From NCBI GenBank assembly GCA_030531095.1, contig JAUNOO010000001.1, positions 7,747 through 71,746 of the forward strand: a DNA stretch of 64,000 bases, given 5' to 3'. Source of the stretch: Bacteroidales bacterium. Its GTDB lineage: Bacteria; Bacteroidota; Bacteroidia; Bacteroidales; Bacteroidaceae. The position numbers were made by a program, and so were the translations under genes. This document shows, one piece after another, positions 32,802 through 41,570 of the stretch. Under the pieces are notes generated by a model. That model had not been told where the DNA came from. It did no database searches and saw nothing but the letters and a program-made list of their open reading frames with translations. How positions within the stretch are numbered: the first letter of the stretch is position 1; every line of letters begins with the position of its first letter.

Positions 32802-35800
32802 ATGAGGAAAATGTACAAATCCTTATTGTTGTTCCTGTTTGCAGTGGCGGGTAGTGTGAGTCTAAACGCTCAGGTCAGCTACTATGCAATCGAGGGAGAC
32901 GCTGTGACCGAGGTAGAGCCGGAAACAGATTATGCGTTGAAGAATGCCATTGTGGCGAGTTCGGATGCCTATGTGACGGGGACTTCTGTGTCTACCATGC
33001 TCACGGAGGACAACGCTTACCAGTTTGAGGAGTTCGGTACAGACGATGAAGGCTATACTGTCTATCGTCTGAAGAAGACTACGACTGGTGAGTACCTTGA
33101 AGACCCGGACATCAGTGGTGGTACCATCGCCATGACGACCATTCCCGGTCGTGCCTTCAAGTTCACCGTCTTCACGGCTGTGGTTCACGACACAGTAAGT
33201 ACTGAATATCTGCAGAATCCGGATGTCGAAATACGCAGCTTCCTTTACAACACGACAGTGAGCGATGTTCTGCCTGTGGTGCTTTGTAATGTCAACTATG
33301 CCAACAGCTCCTACTACTGGCTGACCAGTACGTCGAGCGGTGGTTTCAGCTGGACCCAGACGGCAGCCAATACGGGCTGGATTGTCTATGGCATTGGCGT
33401 GGCTAATGGTTATACCAACCTGTTCAGCGTAATTCAGGAATACTTCAATGAGAAGGCGCCTGCCGACTTGTTCACCGTTGGTACCTCGTTCGGCAACGTC
33501 AGCCAGGAACTGTTCGATGCCCTGGATAGTGCCTACGACAGCGCTATCGCCCTTCTTAACAATACCACATCTGTCACCGACGAGCAATTCCAGGCTGCAG
33601 CCGATAACCTCTACAACGCCTACTGCGATGCTGGTGCAGGCGTCATCGGTCTCGACGAAGGCTACTACATCATCCGCAACGGCGCCAGCGACCGCGGTAA
33701 CGGCAACGCCCTCGTCTACGATACGGGCTCTGTGCTCTATTGGGTTGAATATGCCTACACCGACAGCGCAACCTTCGACTCCAACCACGCCGACTGTATC
33801 TGGGAAATGACCAGAGCACGCGGTACTGTGGGCGGTTACTACATCCGCAACTACAAGACGGGCCGCTACATGGGTTCGCAGGCCACCACGGGTGTGGCCG
33901 TGCCCACGACAGAAGGCCCCGACCAGGTTTGGTATCTGAAGATTCAGACTGGTACTGCCTATAATATCTACACCACCAACCAGAACTCCGTTCGTCCGTG
34001 TCTGCACGGCGGTAGTGGTACTCCGCTCGTAGTGGTTTGGGGTTGGTATGCAACCGCTTCCGGTTGGTACTTCCAGTCTATCTCGCAGGAAGAACTTGAC
34101 AACATGGTTCCTGGCGGCGGTGACAGTGGCGAAGTTGAGGAAGACACTCTCACTCAGGCTGAGCTCAATGACTCTGCTACTGTACTTATTGAAACGGCTG
34201 AACCTGCGCTCACGCAGGGCATCGCCATCGTTTCTGAAGCCACCGAGGACGGCGACATGACGAGCGCAGGTCTCGTGACCGACGGCTCTTGCTTCTTCTC
34301 GAACGCTGTTGAAACAACGGAAGGCTCGCTCGATTATCTTATCGATAACGACCAGACTACCTTCTTCCACTCCAAATGGAGCGCTGTTACCGACCCCACC
34401 GACCTCATCCACAATGTGGGTGCCGACCTCGGCAAGGAAGTGCAATATCTCCACATCAAGTACTCCCGTCGTAACACGGGTTCTGCTGGTACGCCGCTGA
34501 CAGTCCGTGTTTATGCTTGCAACGACACGACCGACGCAGCCAACTGGGTAGAGCAGGGTGTCTACACCTTCTCCTACACCTATACATCCACGACCTATAG
34601 TTCTGAAACTGAAAACTTCACCGGTCTCACCGGCGTGGCTCTGGATGCCCCCTACCGCTTTATCCGCCTCGACGTGGAACACACGCTCAACGATGCTACT
34701 TCCAGCGTGGGCAACCTCTACTTCGTATTCAGCGAACTCCGCTTCTATGAAGGTACCTATGACGCCGACAACTCCCTCATCGAGGTTGTACCCGACGAGG
34801 TGATTGCCGAACTCAAGACTCAGATTGCTGCAACCAAGGCCGAACTGGCTGAAGAACTCGTGACCGAGACCACGCTCGCTGCCCTCCAGGCTGCTTATGA
34901 CGCCTTCGTAGCGGCTTATCCCGATGTTGAATCTGTGAACGAACTCTACGCAGAGTGCCAGGAATACCTTGATGGTGCAATGGAAGGCGCTGATATTGGT
35001 TATTACGAAGAAGGCAGTGTGACGGCCTTTGAAACAGCCCTCACCGCTGTTGCTGCCGACATCAAGAGCGTGATGAGCGTGTCTGAGATTAGCAGTTGCA
35101 TTACCAGAATGAATGAGGCCCTCGCTGCCCTCAAGGCTGCCCTCATCCTGCCCACTGGTGGTGAAGTATATTACATCCGCAGTGCATCGACCGGTACGCC
35201 TGCTTCCAACTACATCTACGCTCAGAACACTGACGAAAGTGTAGCGAAGTGGGGTGGCGCTAGTGCCCTGTCTATTGAAACGCGTCTCAACTATATGTGG
35301 AGAGTCATCGACAATAGCGACGGCACCTTCAGCCTGCAGAACTTGGGAACGGGTATGTATCTCGGCAACCCCGGAGTGAACAACTCTGACGTCTACATGT
35401 CTTACGAAGCCGACACCGTATCCTTCAAGTCTTCTAAGTTGGCTGGTATTATCAACATCGTATTTGCCGACGGCATCTATGCTAACTTGCAGACCGGCTC
35501 CTATGACGTGGTTTCTTGGGGCTCTGCCAGCGGTACTGACAACTCGGCGTTCGAATTCGTTGAGGTTGACAATTCTTGGGATGGTTCTTACCACTATGAC
35601 ATCGACCAGAAGATTCAGGTTGTCACCCTGCCTATCGACATTACGGTACTCCCGATGGACGCTGACTTCTACAAGGTTTATGGCAAGACTTCTACCTCTG
35701 CTGAAGACGGCACTATCGAGCTGACCATGTATGCAGAGAATGAAGAAATTCCTGCCGGTACACCGTTCGTTTACGTGCCTTACGAAGATGCTACTGAAGG

Positions 35801-36212
35801 CGCTACCGACTTCATCTGTACAGCTACCTCGTTCGACGAACTCGAATACGACCTGACGCCTAAGACCGACAACGGCCTCGTGGGTGTATTCCAGGAGCAG
35901 AGTGTTGGTAACGGCATGGGCCTTATCTTCAACGGCTTCGTGACCCTCTCGATTTCTACTGACGTTGTAGCAGCCGGTTCCGGTTACTTCAACGAGTCAG
36001 TGCCTACCGTAGAAACCAGCGGCGACTACTCGCTCCCGCTCTACGGTGTCATCAGCGACATCAGCACCGTTAAGGTAGCCGACGCTGAGAAGGTTAACGT
36101 CTACACCCTCTCTGGTATCAAGGTACGTGAGGGCGTGAAGGCTGCAACCGCTACCTCCGGTCTGCCGAAGGGCATCTACATCGTAGGTGGTAAGAAGATG
36201 TACGCCAAGTAA
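32802..36212 (+). CDS. Large acidic secreted protein with F5/8 type C (discoidin)-like domain and T9SS-like tail, 1136 aa
   Basis: Signal peptide; LIDNDQTTFFHSKW...YRFIRL...FSELRFY; helical bundles; tail VYTLSG...KGIYIVGGKK. Confidence 0.82.
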   Translation: MRKMYKSLLLFLFAVAGSVSLNAQVSYYAIEGDAVTEVEPETDYALKNAIVASSDAYVTGTSVSTMLTEDNAYQFEEFGTDDEGYTVYRLKKTTTGEYLEDPDISGGTIAMTTIPGRAFKFTVFTAVVHDTVSTEYLQNPDVEIRSFLYNTTVSDVLPVVLCNVNYANSSYYWLTSTSSGGFSWTQTAANTGWIVYGIGVANGYTNLFSVIQEYFNEKAPADLFTVGTSFGNVSQELFDALDSAYDSAIALLNNTTSVTDEQFQAAADNLYNAYCDAGAGVIGLDEGYYIIRNGASDRGNGNALVYDTGSVLYWVEYAYTDSATFDSNHADCIWEMTRARGTVGGYYIRNYKTGRYMGSQATTGVAVPTTEGPDQVWYLKIQTGTAYNIYTTNQNSVRPCLHGGSGTPLVVVWGWYATASGWYFQSISQEELDNMVPGGGDSGEVEEDTLTQAELNDSATVLIETAEPALTQGIAIVSEATEDGDMTSAGLVTDGSCFFSNAVETTEGSLDYLIDNDQTTFFHSKWSAVTDPTDLIHNVGADLGKEVQYLHIKYSRRNTGSAGTPLTVRVYACNDTTDAANWVEQGVYTFSYTYTSTTYSSETENFTGLTGVALDAPYRFIRLDVEHTLNDATSSVGNLYFVFSELRFYEGTYDADNSLIEVVPDEVIAELKTQIAATKAELAEELVTETTLAALQAAYDAFVAAYPDVESVNELYAECQEYLDGAMEGADIGYYEEGSVTAFETALTAVAADIKSVMSVSEISSCITRMNEALAALKAALILPTGGEVYYIRSASTGTPASNYIYAQNTDESVAKWGGASALSIETRLNYMWRVIDNSDGTFSLQNLGTGMYLGNPGVNNSDVYMSYEADTVSFKSSKLAGIINIVFADGIYANLQTGSYDVVSWGSASGTDNSAFEFVEVDNSWDGSYHYDIDQKIQVVTLPIDITVLPMDADFYKVYGKTSTSAEDGTIELTMYAENEEIPAGTPFVYVPYEDATEGATDFICTATSFDELEYDLTPKTDNGLVGVFQEQSVGNGMGLIFNGFVTLSISTDVVAAGSGYFNESVPTVETSGDYSLPLYGVISDISTVKVADAEKVNVYTLSGIKVREGVKAATATSGLPKGIYIVGGKKMYAK

Positions 36213-36245
36213 AGACAGTTCTCACAATTGTCTTTGACCATATTG

Positions 36246-36286
36246 CAGAGCCCGTCCGCAGTTTTGCGGGCGGGCTCTCGTTTTTG
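36246..36286 (+). terminator. Intrinsic terminator
   Basis: AGAGCCCGTCCGCA/TGCGGGCGGGCTCT + T-run. Confidence 0.75.
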
Positions 36287-36441
36287 TCTGGCGACTGCCG
36301 CGTGTCCGTCCAGAAGGCAGCGGCTTCGCCACGTTTTCCTGCTGAATTTTTGCCACTGAAAAACATTATTTAGTTTAGGTGGGAAGATATTTTTCCGTAA
36401 CTTTGCCAATGCCCTCCCGCGAGGAGGAAAAACAGTACCGT

Positions 36442-37923
36442 ATGAGAAAAATCCACATTGCCACCATATTGTCTGTCGGTCTCGTCGCACCGGCGCACGC
36501 CGACAACTGGATGAACCGTTTGCCCGACGAACTTTTTGCCGCCGCCGTCTCCATTCCCGGCACGCACGACAGTGCCACGGGCAACGGTTTCAGCGGTTTC
36601 CTCGGCCTCTTGGGCGGTTCGTCCTACGCCAAGACGCAGGACCTCACCATCGCCGAGCAGTGGGCAGCCGGTGTCCGCGCCTTCGACTTCCGACCCTGCG
36701 TCGACGGTGACGAACTCCGCATCAACCACGGCGTCATCGCCACCAGCGTCACCCTCCAGACCGCCCTCACCACCCTTCGCGACTCGCTTGCCGCCAACCC
36801 CTCCGAGTTTGCCGTCGTACACCTGCGCCACGAAACCGAAGGCGACGGTAGCGACTCCAGCTACGGCACGCTCCTCACCGCCCTGTTGGGGAGCGACGAC
36901 TTCAGCGGTCTGTTCGCTGATTTTTCCCGCGACCTCACCGTCGGTGAACTGCGCGGCAAAATCCTCCTCACCAGTCGCGACACCTACGCCACCAGTCCCG
37001 TCGGCGCCTTCATCTCGGGTTGGTGCAGCAATGTCGACTGGGCTTCGCAGACAAAGGGCACCCTCACGGGCGCAGGCTCGGGCACTGAAGCCTCGAGCCC
37101 CCTCTATATGCAGGACTTCTACGACACCCACGCCGACGGTGCAGTTGAAGAGAAAGTGGAAGCCGTCACCAAGCTCCTCACCTACAGCGCCACGCACGCC
37201 ATGCGCCAGTCCTCAGCCATCCGTTGGTATTATAATTTCACGTCGGGCTATTCAAAGACCGGAAGTATCTTTGGCACGGAAGTCTCCACGAGCGACGGCT
37301 ACCGCGATAACGCATCCTACACCAACGCCGCCGTCATTTCCTACCTCCAGAGCAACGAAGCAGGCCCCGCGGGCATAGTCATGATGGACTACGCCGGCGT
37401 CAACACCAGCAGCGGCTACAACACCCTCGGTCAGGCGCTCATTGACACGCTCATTGCCAACAACTTCAACTACCTTGCCCGCGTCAACGCCGAGCAGTAC
37501 GCCACTTTCTGCGCGAGCATCGCGACCCTCAGCGAGCGACTCGCCTCCGCCAAGGCGCTTATCGCCAGCGATTATTCCGACGTCGCCGCCGATTTTGACG
37601 CCCGCGTCGCCGCCATCGCGTCGTCCCTCGACAGTTTGCAGGCTGACCTTGACGAACGCTACGAAAACGCCCTCCTTCTGGAGACCAGCCGACTGAGTAC
37701 CACTGCCATTTACACCGCTATCTCCGCGCTCACCGAAGATGCCGCAGCGGCGCAGGCAGAATACGACCGCACCGTCCCGGTTTCGGCAGTCACAATTGCC
37801 GCCGATGCCAAAGTCAGTGGCATCTATAGCCTCGAGGGCGAGCAACTTTCAGCCCCGCCCGTCGGCTCCATCTGCATCCTCCGCTACTCCGACGGCGCAG
37901 TCCGCAAAGTGAAGGTGGAGTAA
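36442..37923 (+). CDS. Secreted phosphatidylinositol-specific phospholipase C X-domain protein
   Basis: SIPGTHDS, KTQ, GVRAFDFR; signal peptide from ATG 36442 (downstream of TAACTTTG at 36398); CTD-like tail IYSLEG...YSDGAVRKV. Confidence 0.85.
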   Translation: MRKIHIATILSVGLVAPAHADNWMNRLPDELFAAAVSIPGTHDSATGNGFSGFLGLLGGSSYAKTQDLTIAEQWAAGVRAFDFRPCVDGDELRINHGVIATSVTLQTALTTLRDSLAANPSEFAVVHLRHETEGDGSDSSYGTLLTALLGSDDFSGLFADFSRDLTVGELRGKILLTSRDTYATSPVGAFISGWCSNVDWASQTKGTLTGAGSGTEASSPLYMQDFYDTHADGAVEEKVEAVTKLLTYSATHAMRQSSAIRWYYNFTSGYSKTGSIFGTEVSTSDGYRDNASYTNAAVISYLQSNEAGPAGIVMMDYAGVNTSSGYNTLGQALIDTLIANNFNYLARVNAEQYATFCASIATLSERLASAKALIASDYSDVAADFDARVAAIASSLDSLQADLDERYENALLLETSRLSTTAIYTAISALTEDAAAAQAEYDRTVPVSAVTIAADAKVSGIYSLEGEQLSAPPVGSICILRYSDGAVRKVKVE

Positions 37924-38038
37924 GAAATCCTTTTGTATTTGTACCAGTTTCTCAAAATCCTCCCATTGGGAAACTGATTTTTCAGCCCGAACTTTCAGAA
38001 ATTGAGTTCGGGCCTTTTTATATTCTGTCAGCACTTTC

Positions 38039-38128
38039 AAAAATTAGTCCTGAGCTTTGACCTCAAAAGCTCAGGACTAATTCTAAAAAGCTCAGGACTT
38101 AGTACTTAAAAGCTCAGGACTATTTTTT
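38039..38128. repeat. 21-bp-type repeat, copy 3 (1 direct + 3 inverted units)
   Basis: AATTAGTCCTGAGCTTT followed by AAAGCTCAGGACT three times; can form a hairpin. Confidence 0.85.
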
Positions 38129-38285
38129 GATGGCTCCACAATATAGTCTTTCCTGTCTACTTCAAACATATTCCTATTTTATTTTTTTGCAAAAATAAGC
38201 GGGAAAGTAAAATAGAGCAAGGAATCTCCTGATTTTAATGGGAATGATATACCTATATTATTGGCACATAAATGGACTAACCCCG

Positions 38286-39980
38286 TCAGTGCGCCTTCGC
38301 CCCCGCCTCGCGATATTTGCAGCAGCCGGGGAGGGCGGCGTAGATGTCGTCGGGGGCGTGGTCGTAGTCCGTGTCGTGCCCCACGGCGGCGACCGCCTTG
38401 CTGATGGCGCGGATGTCGGTGAGCGCGCTGTCGAAGGTGAGGGCGAGTTTGCCGTCCGATGAAGTCCAGGTGGCAGCGGTGACGCCGTTCACGCTGAGGG
38501 CGGCGGCTTCGATGCGGCGTTTGCAACTGCCGCAAAGACCTTTTACTTTTAGTGTGGCTGACTTGATGGTCGATGCCGGTTTTTCGGCTTTTGCCGGTGC
38601 GGCGTGTTCTGAAGAAGTGGACTGCGTCGCAGCGGAATTGGAACTGGTGTGCGATGCCTGATTGCTTGCGTCGTGACTGGCAGGGTTATGGGCGGCATCG
38701 TCTTGGGCAGGCGTGGTGGTTTCTGCCGTGCGGTTCATCATGCTCGGCTTGCCCTCCAGTTGGGCAGCGGCATCTATGGCGAAAGTGCCGTTGGTGACGA
38801 TGGTTTCGCCCGCTGTGAGTCCGTCGAGAATGACGTAAGCGTCGTCTAAGGCTGGGCCGAGCGTCACCTCGCGCAGGCGGAACACGGGCTGGGTGTAGTC
38901 TGTCAGGCGGACGTAGACGACCGACCGCTTGCCCGTCCAGAGCACCGCACTGCGCGGCACGACGATGTGGTCTTCGTATTGCGGCAGGCGCGCTTCGATG
39001 CTTGCGTTCGCCACCATTTCCGGTTTGAGTGCGCCGTCGGCGTTAGCCACCGGGACGCGGACGCTCACTGTGCGCGTTTCGGCATTGAGCACCGGGTCGA
39101 TGAAGTCCACCTTCCCCGTAAATGTGCGGCCGGGCAGCGCATTCACCGTGAAGGAGAGCGCGTTGCCCACTTTGAGGAAGGGCAAGTCCGATTCGTACGC
39201 CTGGAAGAGCAGCCACACGCGGGAGAGGTCGGCAATCTCGAAGAGCACTGTTCCCTGCGCCACATAGTCGCCCTCGCTCACGCGGCGGGTGATGACCGTG
39301 CCGCTTGCCGGTGCCTCCACGTCGATGGTGGGCGACGCCTTGCCCGACTGCTCAATGGCGGCAATCTGCGCGTCGGTGAGTTGCCAGAGTTTCAGGCGTT
39401 CGCGCGCCGCCGAGAGCAGTTGGGGCTGCACGCCCGAAAGTTTCTTCGCCTCGAGCAATTCTTGCTGTGCCGTATAGAGTTCGGGCGAATAAATCGTTGC
39501 CATCACCTCGCCGCGCTTCACCTGACGACCGGTGAAGTCGACCTTGAACGCGTTGATGCGGCCTGCAAACTGGGCGGTGATGGTGCGGCGCGTGCGCTCG
39601 TCGGGTGCTACTTTGCCGTAGAGCGTCACCGTCTTGCCCGTGCCGTCGCCCGTCCCCACCGTCATGGTGCGCACGTTGGCGAGTGCTGCTGCCTCCTCGC
39701 TCATGGCGATGGCATCGTCGGGCACGGCAGCGTCAGAAGCGCCCGAAGTAAGCGGAATGAGGTCCATGGCGCAGAGCGGACAGAGCCCCGGTTCGTCCTG
39801 ACGGATTTGGGGGTGCATGGAGCACGTCCAAACTTCGGGCGTAGCCGCTTCGTCGGCTGCCGCCGCGCCGTCTTGCGCCGCATTGCTGTCGCCGAAAATC
39901 ATGCCGCCGAGTACGATGCCGACTATCAGAATGAGTGCCGCCAGAAAGTAGGGGCGGCCTTTTGTGATTATCGTTTTCAT
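38286..39980 (-). CDS. CusB-like RND periplasmic adaptor with N-terminal metal-binding domain and C-terminal HMA domain
   Basis: WTCSMHPQI...CPLCAMDL; YSPEL..AQQE; LKPEM; C-terminal GLCGSC...LPGCCKYR. Confidence 0.9.
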   Translation of the reverse strand: MKTIITKGRPYFLAALILIVGIVLGGMIFGDSNAAQDGAAAADEAATPEVWTCSMHPQIRQDEPGLCPLCAMDLIPLTSGASDAAVPDDAIAMSEEAAALANVRTMTVGTGDGTGKTVTLYGKVAPDERTRRTITAQFAGRINAFKVDFTGRQVKRGEVMATIYSPELYTAQQELLEAKKLSGVQPQLLSAARERLKLWQLTDAQIAAIEQSGKASPTIDVEAPASGTVITRRVSEGDYVAQGTVLFEIADLSRVWLLFQAYESDLPFLKVGNALSFTVNALPGRTFTGKVDFIDPVLNAETRTVSVRVPVANADGALKPEMVANASIEARLPQYEDHIVVPRSAVLWTGKRSVVYVRLTDYTQPVFRLREVTLGPALDDAYVILDGLTAGETIVTNGTFAIDAAAQLEGKPSMMNRTAETTTPAQDDAAHNPASHDASNQASHTSSNSAATQSTSSEHAAPAKAEKPASTIKSATLKVKGLCGSCKRRIEAAALSVNGVTAATWTSSDGKLALTFDSALTDIRAISKAVAAVGHDTDYDHAPDDIYAALPGCCKYREAGAKAH

Positions 39981-40043
39981 ATCAGAATATCAGTTGAATT
40001 TATGGGTTGAACACTTCGGAAATATCTGCCCTCTGCGGGGGAA

Positions 40044-41570
40044 TCAGAAATCCGAAGACAGAAGATTTTCGATTTTTGCCACCGCGAGGTTGTAGTCGGC
40101 TATCGACGTGGCGCGCCGCAGCCGGTAGTCGAGGAGCTGGCGGTAGGCTTGGAGCACGTCGTCGAGAGCGGCGCGTTCCGTCACCATCTCCTGCACGGCA
40201 AGGTCGCACGCTGTGGCGGCAAGACTGGCCTGCGCCTCGTTGAGCTGCACGTCGCGGTCGGCGTCCGCCAGTTGCTGACGCGCCGTGACGTACGCCAGTT
40301 CGAGGTTGTTGCGCATTTCGAGACATTGCGCCTCGGCAGCCTCAATGCGTAACTGCGTTTCGCGCTGCTCCGCCTTATACTTGCCGCGGAAGATGGGGAG
40401 CGTGACGGTGAGCATCGGCATCACCATGTCCATGCCGTTCATCGACGCCATGTCTGTGCCCGACATCGTCATGTCGCTGCCCATGTCGCGGCTCGTCTTG
40501 AGCGAATATTGCAGGCCCACGCCCCACATGGGCAGGCTCATCTTCTTCTGCATCTTGAGCTTGGCGCGTGCCGCCTCCGCGTCGGCGGAGAGCATCCGCA
40601 ACATGGGGCTGCGCGTGCCGAGTTCGCCGAGCGCCGCCGTCAGGGAGTCGGCTGCAAAGGGCGTGCGCAGCAGGGTGTCGGGCAGGCAGAGGGCGCTCGC
40701 CGTGGGGCGGTTGAGGAGCGTATTGAACGCCGCCGTCGCTGTGGCGATTTGCGACTCGAGGTCGCGGCACTGGTTCTCCAGTTCGTTCAACTCCAACTGA
40801 ATGCGCAGCACTGACGAGAGCGAGGCACTGCTGCCGCTGCCGCCCGTCATTGCACCGCCCGACATCGCCCCCATTGTGGACGAACTGGCGGCGGAAGTTG
40901 AGGCAGAGGCGGCAGAAGAAGCCGGCGCGCCCATTCCAGCCATCGCGCCCATTGCGCCACCTGTTGAGGCTGAGGCGGAGGCAGAAACCGAAGCACCGCT
41001 GCCCGACATGGTTGAGACAGATGCCGACCCGCTGCTGCCGCTCACCCCAGCCGTGCCGAAGCGTGCCGTCGCCAACTGTTGCAGCACGCGGAGCAGGCGG
41101 ATGTTTTCGACCACAGATTTGCGCGTCTCGTTGAGGCGGGCGATATTTATCCACGCCGTTTTGACGTCCAGAAAGAGTTGGTCGCGCTGTCGGCGGAACG
41201 CCTCGTAGTCCATCCGCGCCATCTCGGTCGCCTCACTGCGCGCCGCCTTGCGCGTCCCGAACCAGGGGAACATTTGCATGACCTTGATGTCGAGCACGCG
41301 CTTGCCCGTGTAGTCCGTCATTGGTTTCACGAAGAAACCGAAATCAATCTGCGGGTCGTCGAACGCCCCCGCCTGCGGCACGCGCTGGAGCGCTGCCTGA
41401 TAGGTGAGAAACTGCGCGCGGAGTTGCGGATTGCTACGCGCCGCCGCCTCCATGTAGGTAGCAAGCGAATCGGGCTGCGCAGCGGACCTCGCGGGCGAGG
41501 GGAGAAGCGCCGCGAGCATGACCGCAAACGTCAGCAGGGCGGCGGGTCTATATTTAATATTGAGCGTCAT
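40044..41570 (-). CDS. TolC-family outer membrane channel with Ser/Ala/Gly/Met-rich insertion
   Basis: QMFPWFG motif, coiled-coil repeats, located between RND permease and adaptor. Confidence 0.88.
   Translation of the reverse strand: MTLNIKYRPAALLTFAVMLAALLPSPARSAAQPDSLATYMEAAARSNPQLRAQFLTYQAALQRVPQAGAFDDPQIDFGFFVKPMTDYTGKRVLDIKVMQMFPWFGTRKAARSEATEMARMDYEAFRRQRDQLFLDVKTAWINIARLNETRKSVVENIRLLRVLQQLATARFGTAGVSGSSGSASVSTMSGSGASVSASASASTGGAMGAMAGMGAPASSAASASTSAASSSTMGAMSGGAMTGGSGSSASLSSVLRIQLELNELENQCRDLESQIATATAAFNTLLNRPTASALCLPDTLLRTPFAADSLTAALGELGTRSPMLRMLSADAEAARAKLKMQKKMSLPMWGVGLQYSLKTSRDMGSDMTMSGTDMASMNGMDMVMPMLTVTLPIFRGKYKAEQRETQLRIEAAEAQCLEMRNNLELAYVTARQQLADADRDVQLNEAQASLAATACDLAVQEMVTERAALDDVLQAYRQLLDYRLRRATSIADYNLAVAKIENLLSSDF

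Noticed and set aside
32862-35594. Long antisense ORFs (910 aa here; also 6336-7985, 55818-57404, 59888-62239 and others)
   Set aside because: They mirror the frames of well-supported genes with biased codon usage and have no recognisable motifs.
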